A program made the translations under genes and the position numbers. Positions 14,901 through 30,424 of a stretch of DNA of 64,000 bases are shown piece after piece (the first letter of the stretch is position 1; each line of letters opens with the position of its first letter). The stretch lies in assembly GCA_964016885.1 (NCBI GenBank), contig OZ024740.1, positions 430,590,001 to 430,654,000 of the forward strand, written 5' to 3'. Under the pieces are notes generated by a model. It was not told the DNA's origin, made no database searches, and saw only the letters and a list, made by a program, of their open reading frames with translations. Source of the DNA: Eledone cirrhosa. Lineage: Eukaryota.

Positions 14901-17900
14901 ATTACTGCCAGTACATAATATATTACGGCCAGTATATATAATATATTACAGCCAGTATATATAATATATTACAGCCAGTATATATAATATATTACAGCCA
15001 GTATATATAATATATTTCAGCCAGTATATATAATATATTACAGCCAGTACATATAATATATTACAGCCAGTCAATATATTACAGCCAGTATATATAATAT
15101 ATTACAGCCAGTATATATAATATATTACAGCCAGTATATATAATATATTACAGTCAGTATATATAATATATTACAGCCAGTCTATATAATATATTACAGC
15201 CAGTATATATAATATATTACAGCCAGTATATATAATATATTACAGCCAGTATATATAATATATTACAGCCAGTATATATAATATATTACAGTCAGTATAT
15301 ATAATATATTACAGCCAGTACATATAATATATTACAGCCAGTCAATATATTACAGCCAGTATATATAATATATTACAGCCAGTATATAATATATTACAGC
15401 CAGTATATAATATATTACAGCCAGTATATATAATATATTACAGCCAGTATATATAATATATTAAAGCCAGTATATATAATATATTACAGACAGTATATAA
15501 TATATTACAGCCAGTCTATATAATTTATTACAGTCAGTATATATAATTTATTACAGTCAGTATATATAATATATTACAGCCAGTATATAATATATTACAG
15601 CCAGTATATAATATATTACAGCCAGTATATAATATATTACAGCCAGTATATAATATATTACAGCCAGTATATATAATATATTACAGCCAGTATATATAAT
15701 ATATTACAGCAAGTATATATAATATATTACAGCCAGTATATATAATATATTACAGCCAGTATATATAATATATTACAGCCAGTACATATAATATATTACA
15801 GACAGTATATATAATATATTATGGCCAGTATATATAATATATTACAGCCAGTATATATAATATAATACAACCAGTATATAATATATTACAGCCAGTATAT
15901 AATATATTACAGCCAGTATATATAATATATTACAGCCAGTATATATAATATATTACAGCCAGTACATATAATATATTACAGCCAGTACATATAATATATT
16001 ACGGCCAGTATATATAATATATTACAGCCAGTATATAATATATTACAGCCAGTATATATAATATATTACAGCCAGTACATAATATATTACGGCCAGTATA
16101 TATAATATATTACAGCCAGTATATATAATATATTACAGCCAGTATATATAATATATTACAGCCAGTATATATAATATATTACAGCCAGTCAATATATTAC
16201 AGCCAGTATATATAATATATTACAGCCAGTACATATTTTATTACGGCCACTATATATAATATATTACAGCCAGTATATAATATATTACAGCCAGTATATA
16301 ATATATTACAGCCAGTATATATAATATATTACAGCCAGTATATATAATATATTACAGCCAGTATATATAATATATTACAGCCAGTACATATAATATATTA
16401 CGGCCAGTATATATAATATATTACAGCCAGTATATATAATATATTACAGCCAGTATATAATATATTACAGCCAGTATATATAATATATTACAGCCAGTAC
16501 ATAATATATTACGGCCAGTATATATAATATATTACAGCCAGTATATATAATATATTACAGCCAGTATATATAATACATTACAGCCAGTATATATAATATA
16601 TTTCAGCCAGTATATATAATATATTACAGCCAGTACATATAATATATTACAGCCAGTCAATATATTACAGCCAGTATATATAATATATTACAGCCAGTAT
16701 ATATAATATATTACAGCCAGTATATATAATATATTACAGTCAGTATATATAATATATTACAGCCAGTCTATATAATATATTACAGCCAGTCTATATAATA
16801 TATTACAGCCAGTATATATAATATATTACAGCCAGTATATATAATATATTACAGCCAGTATATATAATATATTACAGCCAGTATATATAATATATTACAG
16901 TCAGTATATATAATATATTACAGCCAGTACATATAATATATTACAGCCAGTCAATATATTACAGCCAGTATATAATATATTAAAGCCAGTATATATAATA
17001 TATTACAGACAGTATATAATATATTACAGCCAGTATATAATATATTAAAGCCAGTATATAATATATTAAAGCCAGTATATATAATATATTACAGCCAGTA
17101 TATATAATATATTACAGCCAGTACATATAATATATTATAGCCAGTACATATAATATATTACTGCCAGTATATAATATATTACAGCCAGTATATAATATAT
17201 TACAGCCAGTATATATAATATATTACAGCCAGTATATATAATATATTACAGCCAGTATATAATATATTACATCCAGTATATAATATATTACAGCCAGTAT
17301 ATAATATATTACAGCCAGTATATATAATATATTACAGCCAGTATATATAATATATTACAGCCAGTATATATAATATATTACAGACAGTATATAATATATT
17401 ACAGCCAGTCTATATAATTTATTACAGTCAGTATATATAATATATTACAGCCAGTATATAATATATTACAGCCAGTATATAATATATTACAGCCAGTATA
17501 TAATATATTACAGCCAGTATATAATATATTACTGCCAGTATATATAATATATTACAGCCAGTATATATAATATATTACAGCCAGTACATATAATATATTA
17601 CAGACAGTATATATAATATATTACGGCCAGTATATATAATATATTACAGCCAGTATATATAATATATTACAGCCAGTATATAATATATTACAGCCAGTAC
17701 ATATAATATATTACGGCCAGTATATATAATATATTACAGCCAGTATATATAATATATTACAGCCAGTATATAATATATTACAGCCAGTATATAATATATT
17801 ACAGCCAGTATATATAATATATTACAGCCAATATATATAATATATTACAGCCAGTATATATAATATATTACAGCCAGTATATATAATATATTACAGCCAG

Positions 17901-20900
17901 TACATATAATATATTACAGCCAGTATATAATATATTAAAGCCAGTATATATAATATATTAAAGCCAGTATATATAATATATTACAGCCAGTATATATAAT
18001 ATATTACAGCCAGTATATAATATATTACAGCCAGTATATAATATATGACAGCCAGTATATATAATATATTACAGCCAGTATATATAATATATTACAGCCA
18101 GTATATAATATATTACAGCCAGTATATAATATATGACAGCCAGTATATATAATATATTACAGCCAGTATATATAATATATTACAGCCAGTATATGTCATA
18201 TTACAGCCAGTTTATATAATATATTACAGTCAGTCTATAATATATTACAGCCAGTCAATATATTACAGCCAGTATATATAATATATTACAGCCAGTATAT
18301 ATAATATATTACAGTCAGTATATATAATATATTACAGCCAGTATATATAATATATTACAGTCAGTATATATAATATATTACAGCCAGTATATATAATATA
18401 TTACAGCCTGTCTATATAATATATTACAGCCAGTATATAATATATTACAGCCAGTATATATAATATATTACAGCAAGTATATATAATATATTACAGCCAG
18501 TATATATAATATATTACAGCCAGTATATATAATATATTACAGCCAGTATATATAATATATTACAGTCAGTATATATAATATATTACAGCCAGTATATATA
18601 ATATATTACAGCCAGTCAATATATTACAGCCAGTATATAATATATTACAGCCAGTATATATAATATATTACAGCCAGTATATAATATATTACAGCCAGTA
18701 TATATAATATATTACAGCCAGTATATATAATATATTACAGCCAGTACATATAATATATTACGGCCAGTATATATAATATATTACAGCCAGTATATATAAT
18801 ATATTACAGCCAGTATATAATATATTACAGCCAGTATATAATATATTACAGCCAGTATATAATATATTACAGCCAGTATATAATATATTACAGCTAGTAT
18901 ATATAATATATTATAGCCAGTATATAATATATTACAGCCAGTATATAATATATTACAGCCAGTATATAATATATTACAGCCAGTATATAATATATTACAG
19001 CCAGTATATATAATATATTACAGCCAGTACATATAATATATTACAGCCAGTCAATATATTACAGCCAGTATATATAATATATTACAGCCAGTCTATATAA
19101 TATATTACAGCCAGTATATATAATATATTACAGCAAGTATATATAATATATTACAGCCAGTATATATAATATATTACAGCCAGTATATATAATATATTAC
19201 AGTCAGTATATATAATATATTACAGCCAGTACATATAATATATTACAGCCAGTCAATATATTACAGCCAGTACATATAATATATTACGGCCAGTATATAT
19301 AATATATTACAGCCAGTATATATAATATATTACAGCCAGTATATAATATATTACAGCCAGTATATAATATATTACAGCCAGTATATATAATATATTACAG
19401 CCAGTATATATAATATATTACAGCCAGTACATATAATATATTACGGCCAGTATATATAATATATTACAGCCAGTATATATAATATATTACAGCCGGAATA
19501 TAATATATTACAGCCAGTATATAATATATTACAGTCAGTATATATAATATATTACAGCCAGTATATATAATATATTACAGCCAGTACATATAATATATTA
19601 CAGACAGTATATATAATATATTACAGCCAGTACATATAATATATTACAGACAGTATATATAATATATTACGGCCAGTATATATAATATATTACAGCCAGT
19701 ATATAATATATTACAGCCAGTATATATAATATATTACAGCCAGTACATAATATATTACGGCCACTATATATAATATATTACAGCCAGTATATAATATATT
19801 ACAGCCAGTATATAATATATTACAGCCAGTATATATAATATATTACAGCCAGTATATATAATATATTACAGCCAGTACATATAATATATTACGGCCAGTA
19901 TATATAATATATTACAGCCAGTATATATAATATATTACAGCCAGTATATAATATATTACAGCCAGTATATATAATATATTACTGCCAGTACATAATATAT
20001 TACGGCCAGTATATATAATATATTACAGCCAGTATATATAATATATTACAGCCAGTATATATAATATATTACAGCCAGTATATATAATATATTTCAGCCA
20101 GTATATATAATATATTACAGCCAGTACATATAATATATTACAGCCAGTCAATATATTACAGCCAGTATATATAATATATTACAGCCAGTATATATAATAT
20201 ATTACAGCCAGTATATATAATATATTACAGTCAGTATATATAATATATTACAGCCAGTCTATATAATATATTACAGCCAGTATATATAATATATTACAGC
20301 CAGTATATATAATATATTACAGCCAGTATATATAATATATTACAGCCAGTATATATAATATATTACAGTCAGTATATATAATATATTACAGCCAGTACAT
20401 ATAATATATTACAGCCAGTCAATATATTACAGCCAGTATATATAATATATTACAGCCAGTATATAATATATTACAGCCAGTATATAATATATTACAGCCA
20501 GTATATATAATATATTACAGCCAGTATATATAATATATTAAAGCCAGTATATATAATATATTACAGACAGTATATAATATATTACAGCCAGTCTATATAA
20601 TTTATTACAGTCAGTATATATAATTTATTACAGTCAGTATATATAATATATTACAGCCAGTATATAATATATTACAGCCAGTATATAATATATTACAGCC
20701 AGTATATAATATATTACAGCCAGTATATAATATATTACAGCCAGTATATATAATATATTACAGCCAGTATATATAATATTTTACAGCAAGTATATATAAT
20801 ATATTACAGCCAGTATATATAATATATTACAGCCAGTATATATAATATATTACAGCCAGTACATATAATATATTACAGACAGTATATATAATATATTATG

Positions 20901-23900
20901 GCCAGTATATATAATATATTACAGCCAGTATATATAATATAATACAACCAGTATATAATATATTACAGCCAGTATATAATATATTACAGCCAGTATATAT
21001 AATATATTACAGCCAGTATATATAATATATTACAGCCAGTACATATAATATATTACAGCCAGTACATATAATATATTACGGCCAGTATATATAATATATT
21101 ACAGCCAGTATATAATATATTACAGCCAGTATATATAATATATTACAGCCAGTACATATAATATATTACAGCCAGTACATATAATATATTACAGCCAGTA
21201 CATATAATATATTACAGCCAGTATATAATATATTACAGCCAGTATATATAATATATTACAGCCAGTATATAATATATTACAGCCAGTATATAATATATTA
21301 CAGCCAGTATATATAATATATTACAGCCAGTATATATAATATATTACAGCCAGTATATATAATATATTACAGCCAGTACATATAATATATTACGGCCAGT
21401 ATATATAATATATTACAGCCAGTATATATAATATATTACAGCCAGTATATAATATATTACAGCCAGTATATATAATATATTACAGCCAGTACATAATATA
21501 TTACGGCCAGTATATATAATATATTACAGCCAGTATATATAATATATTACAGCCAGTATATATAATATATTACAGCCAGTATATATAATATATTTCAGCC
21601 AGTATATATAATATATTACAGCCAGTACATATAATATATTACAGCCAGTCAATATATTACAGCCAGTATATATAATATATTACAGCCAGTATATATAATA
21701 TATTACAGCCAGTATATATAATATATTACAGCCAGTCAATATATTACAGCCAGTATATATAATATATTACAGCCAGTATATATAATATATTACAGCCAGT
21801 ATATAATATATTACAGCCAGTATATATAATATATTACAGCAAGTATATATAATATATTACAGCCAGTATATTTAATATATTACAGTCAGTATATATAATA
21901 TATTACAGCCAGTACATATAATATATTACAGCCAGTCAATATATTACAGCCAGTATATATAATATATTACAGCCAGTATATATAATATATTACAGCCAGT
22001 CAATATATTACAGCCAGTATATATAATATATTACAGACAGTATATAATATATTACAGCCAGTATATAATATATTACAGCCAGTATATATAATATATTAAA
22101 GCCAGTATATATAATATATTACAGACAGTATACAATATATTACAGCCAGTCTATATAATTTATTACAGTCAGTATATATAATATATTACAGCCAGTATAT
22201 AATATATTACAGCCAGTATATAATATATTACAGCTAGTATATATAATATATTACAGCCAGTATATAATATATTACAGCCAGTATATAATATATTACAGCC
22301 AGTATATAATATATTACAGCCAGTATATATAATATATTACAGCCAGTATATATAATATATTACAGCCAGTACATATAATATATTACAGACAGTATATATA
22401 ATATATTACGGCCAGTATATATAATATATTACAGCCAGTATATAATATATTACAGCCAGTATATAATATATTACAGCCAGTATATATAATATATTACAGC
22501 CAGTATATATAATATATTACAGCCAGTACATATAATATATTACAGACAGTATATATAATATATTACAGCCAGTACATATAATATATTACGGCCAGTATAT
22601 ATAATATATTACAGCCAGTATATAATATATTACAGCCAGTATATATAATATATTACAGCCAGTACATAATATATTACGGCCAGTATATATAATATATTAC
22701 AGCCAGTATATATAATATATTACAGCCAGTCAATATATTACAGCCAGTATATATAATATATTACAGCCAGTATATATAATATATTACAGTCAGTATATAT
22801 AATATATTACAGCCAGTATATATAATATATTACAGCCAGTCAATATAATATATTACAGCCAGTATATAATATATTACAGCCAGTATATATAATATATTAC
22901 AGCCAGTATATATAATATATTACAGCCAGTATATATAATATATTACAGTCAGTATATATAATATATTACAGCCAGTATATATAATATATTACAGCCAGTC
23001 AATATATTACAGCCAGTATATAATATATTACAGCCAGTATATAATATATTACAGCCAGTATATATAATATATTACAGCCAGTATATAATATATTACAGCC
23101 AGTATATATAATATATTACAGCCAGTATATAATATATTACAGCCAGTATATATAATATATTACAGCCAGTATATAATATATTACAGGCAGTATATAACAT
23201 ATTACAGCCAGTATATAATATATTACAGCCAGTATATAATATATTACAGCCAGTATATAATATATTACAGTCAGTATATATAATATATTACAGTCAGTAT
23301 ATATAATATATTACAGCCAGTACATATAGTATATTACGGCCAGTATATATAATATATTACAGCTAGTATATAATATATTACAGCCAGTATATAATATATT
23401 ACAGCCAGTATATAATATATTACAGTCAGTATATATAATATATTACAGTCAGTATATATAATATATTACAGCCAGTATATATAATATATTACAGCCAGTA
23501 TATAATATATTACAGCCAGTATATATAATATATTACAGCCAGTATATATAATATATTACAGCCAGTACATAATATATTACGGCCAGTATATATAATCTAT
23601 TACAGCCAGTATATATAATATATTACAGCCAGTATATATAATATATTACAGCCAGTATATAATATATTACAGCCAGTATATATAATATATTACAGCCAGT
23701 ATATATAATATATTACAGCCAGTCTATATAATATATTACAGCCAGTATATATAATATATTACAGGCAGTATATAATATATTACAGCCAGTATATATAATA
23801 TATTACAGCCAGTATATAATATATTAAAGCCAGTATATATAATATATTACAGCCAGTATATAATATATTACAGCCAGTATATATAATATATTACAGACAG

Positions 23901-24592
23901 TACATATAATATATTACAGCCAGTATATATAATATATTACAGCCAGTATATATAATATATTACAGCCAGTATATAATATATTACAGTCAGTATATATAAT
24001 ATATTACAGTCAGTATATATAATATATTACAGCCAGTCTATATAATATATTACAGCCAGTATATAATATATTACAGCCAGTATATATAATATAATACAGC
24101 CAGTCTATATAATATATTACAGCCAGTATATAATATATTACAGTCAGTATATATAATATATTACAGCCAGTCTATATAATATATTACAGCCAGTATATAA
24201 TATATTACAGTCAGTATATATAATATATTACAGCCAGTATATATAATATATTACAGCAAGTATATATAATATATTACAGCCAGTATATATAATATATTAC
24301 AGCCAGTATATAATATATTACAGCCAGTATATATAATATATTACAGCCAGTATATAATATATTACAGCCAGTATATAATATATTACAGCCAGTATATAAC
24401 ATATTACAGCCAGTATATAATATATTACAGTCAGTATATATAATATATTACAGTCAGTATATATAATATATTACAGTCAGTATATATAATATATTACAGC
24501 CAGTATATATAATATATTACAGCCAGTATATAATATATTACAGCCAGTATATAATATATTACAGCCAGTCTATATAATATATTACTGCCAGT
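2911..24592. repeat. Tandem satellite, consensus CAGCCAGTATATATAATATATTA (23 bp) with 21-bp and 18-bp length variants, roughly 950-1000 units
   Basis: Directly visible. Each unit contains the palindrome TAATATATTA. Recurrent variants define higher-order blocks. Confidence 0.99.
10992..11147 (+). mobile_element. 156-bp non-satellite insert resembling a 5'-truncated LINE/SINE 3' end
   Basis: Ends in ...GCCCTTGTGGCTAATAAAGAAAT. It interrupts an 18-bp variant unit (CCAGT|CAATATATT) that is empty in paralogous blocks. Confidence 0.65.
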
Positions 24593-24961
24593 GTATGGTG
24601 AGTCAAAATATGAAATATAAGGAATTATGTATGTGAACATATATGTATGGAAGTGTGTTATAAAAATGTTGCAACACACACACATATATTGCTACATACA
24701 CACACATTCACATATTGGTATATACACACGCACATATTCATATGTTGGTACACATACACACACACATTGATACATTACTACACACACAAATACACACATG
24801 CACACATACATTGCATAACACACACACACACTCCCATTCATATGCAAATAGTTAAACTAAAATCCAGATAAATTCCCAAGAGGAAACCATATCCGATGCC
24901 ATTGTTATAAACAGTCATCGTTTTATACAATATATAGATGTGTACTTCAACAAAATATTAA

Positions 24962-25465
24962 CCCATTTGATACCAAACTACCCGAAACTGCCCCTGGTTC
25001 TATGATACAAAACTGTTTAGTGTAAAGTGTTTATATTTATCTCAAAATTTACCATTATAATTTTATATAAGAAACTTTGTTAAGTTATGTTCCACACACT
25101 AACTTCTTCTTGAGTGAAGCATTCATTTTGCTTTTTCTAATGGCTAAAATATATGGAGCTTGCATGAACATCCACACTACTGATACAGCTTGGCATTAGT
25201 GACGAGGCAACTCATTTCTAAAACTAAATAAACTGGAGCAACATAAAAATAAAGTGTATTGCTGAAGGACACACTGCATCATCTGGTTCAAGAATCAAAC
25301 TCACACCCTTCCAATTGCAAGCCCAATGCTCTAACCACTAAGCCATATACCTTCACCTACTTAATAACGAGAAAGTTATTAAATCCTTCCTTATTCTTGA
25401 TTATTTAGAAAATTATTTGAAAACCAGAGACAATGTCTTTCATTAAAAATATAGTAATGAAAGAG
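24962..25465. mobile_element. Possible degenerate TTAA-type (piggyBac-like) MITE with a nested SINE
   Basis: Left end TTAA|CCCATTTGATACC; right end GTAATGAAAGAG|TTAG. The inverted match is weak. Confidence 0.3.
25205..25357 (-). mobile_element. Degenerate tRNA-derived SINE (same family as 39874-40210)
   Basis: Shares AACTGGAGCAA..AAATAAAGTGT..TGCT.AAGGA..CAC and TGCTCTAACCACTAAGCCAT with 40085-40200. Confidence 0.7.
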
Positions 25466-25474
25466 TTAGTAAGC

Positions 25475-25665
25475 TGAGAGAGAAACTGGGCATTAGAGGG
25501 ATCAGATGCAGTGTATAAGAGAGAATGTTTTGGTATAGTCATGTGATACATATGGCGGTTGACAGCTGCATAAAGAAATGCAGTTCATTTGAACAGAATG
25601 GAATCTGTGGAAGGGAAAACCTAGCAAAACATGGGACAATACAGATTGACTTGATAAAGCTAAAG
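25475..25665 (+). pseudogene. Decayed RTE ORF C-terminal fragment
   Basis: AGAGAGAAACTGGGCATTAGAGGGATCAGATG...TGGTATAGTCATGTGAT...GACAGCTGCATAAAG resembles the RTE 3' ends at 40590-40700 and 48810-48920. Confidence 0.6.
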
Positions 25666-25684
25666 CTCACAACAGAAATATAAT

Positions 25685-25865
25685 TGTTTCTATATTTGGC
25701 ACAAGGCCAGCAATTACCCAGTACATTACTGGTACTTTATTTTATCGACTTCGTAAGGATGAAAGGCAAAGTTAACTTCGGCGGGATTTGAACTCAGATC
25801 GTAAAGGGACGTAACTATGCTGGAAAGCATGGCGTCTGACCCTCTACCAATACTACCAATTCAAC
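25685..25865 (-). mobile_element. tRNA-derived SINE (second family) with a 20-bp target-site duplication
   Basis: B-box GAGTTCAAATCC on the minus strand. Direct repeat GCTCACAACAGAAATATAAT at 25665-25684 and 25866-25885. Homologous to 46021-46120, 58352-58448 and 61362-61540. Confidence 0.85.
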
Positions 25866-26489
25866 GCTCACAACAGAAATATAATGATTGAAGACTTAAG
25901 GTACTGGAGAATACCTCCTTCCTCATATGACTAGGATGAAAGAAGCATAGCTAGGATACTAGTGTAGAGGCTAGAGATATATATATCTACATTGAGATCT
26001 TCCCCATCCTAATATGCTCCACCCTCGCGTCTTCTTGACCCCCCACCACCACCTCACCTTCTTTATGCCTGTTCTTCTTTTCTATTTGGATTAATCTCAC
26101 TCACTTTATATTCACTGTACCTCAATGTTCCCATAACTAGGGACAGCTCCGACTCTCTCAGATTCCCATTGCCCTCTCATGTCCCTCACACCCCTATATT
26201 TACACTAAGATGCTACCCACATATAAAGAGGCACTCACATATGCATTCCCTGGAGCTGTCTATATAAAGACGGGTATCTGAGCCAGATATATATATCAAC
26301 TCATTTTTATAACCTGCCTCTCTTCTCCTCAAAGCTACTTCCACTCCCTCTCTCTCTCTCACCCCCCCCCCTCTCTTTCTTTCCCACTCCATTTCTCAGC
26401 ACCAAACATGAAGCATCCCCTACTCCCTTTCCAGTTCCACTCCTGTCATTTTCACCCATTATGCCTCTTTTCCCCACCTTACTGGGGAC

Positions 26490-26521
26490 AGAAGAAGAAG
26501 AAGAAGAAGAAGAAGAAGAAG
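26490..26521. repeat. (GAA)n microsatellite
   Basis: Directly visible. Confidence 0.95.
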
Positions 26522-27442
26522 ACCACCATTACCCCTTTGACTTCTGCTGCCTGGGTACATGATAAGGGCTTCATTAGAGGTAAGGGTTTTTGCAGGCTGT
26601 CCCCAAGTACAAGCATGCACACTTTGGGATGATGTGCTCCATAGCAGCACTTCTTCCCCCCCTAAATGTTGACAGTTTCGATAGTAGCACTGACCAAACT
26701 ACTGAATATTGAGTCAAACATGTTTTAAATATAACAGACGATGTCAACTTGCAGTGAAGTTGTCAGCACAGCCAATAGCTGCCACATCCTAGACCAGATG
26801 CATATTCTCATTTTTAGGCAAACAGTTTAAAAGTTTATAGCACTGTAGTCTTATTTTTACAGCCAACCCTATTTTTAAGCAAGCAATATCAACAGTTATA
26901 CAGCTGTATTCTTGCTTTCACACCTAACACCATTTAGTGGTGCCAGCGCTGTGTCAAGGACATGTGGGAAGGGAGGTTTTTATATTATTAGTAATTAATA
27001 ACTTCCTTTGAAAAAAGTGCTAGATCAACTTTTGTCTTTTCCATATTCTACACTGTTGCATGTATTTGAAAGAGATGTTTTATCTGAAGATATCTTGTGA
27101 ATTGTAGTATGTTTCCCCTCTTCCATTCCTAGTTATAGAGATCCTGAAAATGTGATTATTGGTGCTTCCCTTCTTCCTTAGATTAACAAAAAGTATTTAG
27201 ATTCAATACTGCCAGCCAATATTGACAGAGTGGTTAAAGTGTAGGACAAAATGGCTTGCAGTATTTTTCCAGCTCACAGCTCTCTGTTTTCAAATCATTG
27301 CCTTTCATCTTTTGGGGATCGATGAAAGAACCATCTAGAGCAAAGGTTCCCAACGGGAGGCATATGCACCCCTCGAGGGGGGAGGGGGGGGGGGACTCCT
27401 GGGGGCATTTCGGAGCAAAGGGGTGTTAAGGGGACGTTTGGA

Positions 27443-27476
<34 letters not shown>

Positions 27477-27842
27477 TAGAAAGCTCTTTAATTTGGTAAG
27501 TTTTATAAGCCATATTTGTATGTCTTTGAGACAGCCTGTGTGAATGCATTTGAATGAGCTTGCAGACAGCATAACTATAGTCTGACCACAGCTGTGAGCA
27601 GGTGTGCAGGCATGTCTAGACATTAACCGGCAATTGAGATCCTAAACCCACAGTCAACTGGGTCAAGGACACTTTGAGTACAGTCAGTTAGAATCTTATC
27701 TTTGCTTCACCGATAACAATGTATTTCATGTCTGAAATTATTGACTCAACCGTAACGAGTTAACACTATGTAGATCTATTTTATTCCCTATTGTATAAAT
27801 AATATTACAAATAAAAAAAGAAAAGAAAAAACACAGAAGTGG

Positions 27843-28357
27843 GTAGCACACACATCTAGGACCACATACAACATATAAGCAGGTAATACACACATCTAGG
27901 ACCACATACAACACATAAGCAGGTAATATACACATCTAGGATCACATACAACACATAATCAGGTAATACACACATCTAGCATCACATACAACATATAATC
28001 AGGTAATACACACATCTAGGACCACATACAACACATAAGCAGGTAATACACACATCTAGGACCACATGCAACACACAAACAGGTAGCACACACATCTAGG
28101 ACCACATACAACAAACAAACTGGTAGCACATACATCTAGGACCACATACAATACATAAGCAGGTAATACATACATCTAGGACCACACACAATACATAAGC
28201 AGGTAATACATACAGCTGGGACCACATGTAATACATAAGCAGGTAATACATACAGCTGGGACTACATGCAATACATAAGCAGGTAATATATACATCTAGG
28301 ACCACATACAACACACAGGCAAGTAATACATACATCTAGGACCACATACAACACACA
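27843..28357. repeat. 40-bp minisatellite (CACATCTAGGACCACATACAACACATAAGCAGGTAATACA, ~13 copies) inside the hAT element
   Basis: CACATCTAGG recurs at 27851, 27891, 27931 and onward. Confidence 0.95.
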
Positions 28358-28371
28358 TTGTATCATGTGCT

Positions 28372-28905
28372 ATGGACGACGCAAGAGCAATGGTCGGCCA
28401 ACATAAGGGTTTCGTCACTCTTCTGAAGAGAGAAAATCTATCTGTATTTGCTGTTCACTGTGTCATTCATCAACAACACTTGGCTGCGAAGAAACTCAGC
28501 AAGCCGCTGAGCAAGTCCTTGCAGGTGGCCATTGATGTCATCAATTTTATCAAACGGCATTCCCTCAATGAACGAATTTTCCGGCAACTGTGCCAAGATA
28601 ATGACGAAAAATTCATCAAATTGCTCCTTCATACTGAAGTGAGGTGGCTTTCAAAGGGCAAGTGCCTTACTTACTTCTTTGAACTCTTCGACTCTATCAT
28701 TGAGTTTCTGCGAGGACGCAACACAGAACTGTACAAGAAAACCCTCGATGTGAGGCAAGATTGCGCCGACCTCACCAACATCTTCGACAAATGCAATAGC
28801 ATCATTTTGGCTTTGCAGGGGAAGAAGATCACCTTGCTTAAAGCAAGGAATGCTGTGAAAACATTCCTGGCCAAATTGAATGTCATCAAAAGGAATCTTT
28901 GTTGA
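28372..28905 (+). pseudogene. hAT transposase fragment (Buster/ZBED8/GTF2IRD2-like)
   Basis: D.A.AMVG, HCVIHQQHLAAK (CxxH), LLLHTEVRWLSKG. No N-terminus; premature stop. Confidence 0.9.
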
Positions 28906-30008
28906 CGGGAATTCTATAATTTTGCTAGTGTCGCCAATGTTCGAAACATTGTAAGCGATGACCAACTCCAAATTTATACCACTCACCTCTGTGCGCAACA
29001 TGAGAGAACGGTATGTTGACCTTTTGCCGATGGACATCCCAATGTGGGTAGCAGATCCCCCATTTATTCTGTTCGTTTCATTAAAGGGAAAATTGGAAAG
29101 CTTTGAAATGATATAATTGCCACTTTCTTCCACTCTTGGGATAGACAGAGTTGCTCTTGTATAAATGTTCAAAATAGCTGGTAACGCCTGGTGGGAATAT
29201 AACAAATTCAACTGGTTCTTAAAAAAGAACATTTATGTTCCTTTTTTTTAAATTTATATATTTCCTTTCAAGCTGTCTGCAATGGTATCTTTTGAATATT
29301 GTTAATCAATTTTTTAGTAATCTGCTGATATCAAAATCAGTAGTATATTGAAAAATGGAAAAAGATGGGGGGGGGGGGGGGGGGCATTTCATGATTTCGA
29401 GGGACAAAGGGGGCGTTTGGCCTAAATGGGTTGAGAACCTGTGATCTAGAGCAATGAATTAGCAGAATTGTTAAAGCATTGGATAAGACAACTTGCAATA
29501 TTTGTTGAGACTTTTTGTGTTCTGAGTTCAAATCCTGCAGTGGCCTATTTAAGTGGTTGACTTAACCCATTGCCTAGTTTAACACCACCACCTGGCCCTT
29601 GGGTGTCTTTATTTCTAGAAATATGTTAAAATTCTAGAAATTTGGTAGAATTCTGGAAAAATATAAAATTTCTAGAAATATCTATTTCTTTGTAAGATCG
29701 CTCAACGGTCAGTTCAGAAAGGTCATAGAAACTCCACTAACCTTGTAGCTAAGTTGTCCACTATTCTAACAACATCCTCTACCAGAAATAAATATAAAAG
29801 AATTATCAAAGTTTATTGTTTCAAGGTCTTCTCTTTTACTTATGCCATTTTATAAACCTGAATTCCCAGCAGAAATCTATTGTTACGAACATTCTTTAAA
29901 ATAGTCAAAATGAAATTTGAACTTTGGTTTTTGTTACCAAATTATAATTTGAAATGAATGGCTTCATGTATGTATATGTCTGTGAACTTAACTTTATATA
30001 TATATATA

Positions 30009-30119
<111 letters not shown>

Positions 30120-30129
30120 TTGTATATAT

Positions 30130-30294
30130 AAAGTCTCTCCTCTACTCCCCTACACACCCTCGGAACTCTCTTCCCACACACTTTTCGCCTGAAGAAGGGC
30201 TTATACCCGAAACGCCCCCCCCCTCTCAAGAGTGTGAAACTAATAAACCTTTGTTCGTACTGCCTCTCTGTTTTGTTCCCGTTCCATTCTTCAC

Positions 30295-30298
<4 letters not shown>
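30130..30298 (+). mobile_element. PLE pseudo-LTR-like fragment with a hammerhead-like core
   Basis: CTGAAGA-AGGGCTTATACCC-GAAACG at 30189-30214 followed by AATAAA. Homologous to 41531-41700 (-). Embedded in (TA)n. Confidence 0.65.
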
Positions 30299-30376
<78 letters not shown>

Positions 30377-30393
30377 CATCTCTCTCCCTCTCC

Positions 30394-30424
<31 letters not shown>

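Larger units (their letters stand above)
27341..29443 (+). mobile_element. Internally deleted hAT (Buster/Charlie-type) DNA transposon
   Basis: TIRs CAAAGGTTCCCAAC / GTTGAGAACCTGTG (12/14 match). Perfect 8-bp TSD ATCTAGAG at 27333-27340 and 29444-29451 with central TA. Transposase remnant inside. Confidence 0.92.

Noticed and set aside
2911-24592. CRISPR-like regular repeat
   Set aside because: There are no unique spacers and no cas genes; this is a eukaryotic satellite.
27843-28357. CRISPR-like 40-bp array next to a nuclease fragment
   Set aside because: Units are contiguous with no spacers, and the neighbour is a hAT transposase.
28372-28905. Domesticated ZBED/GTF2IRD2-like host gene
   Set aside because: It is bounded by TIRs and a TSD, truncated, and has a premature stop.
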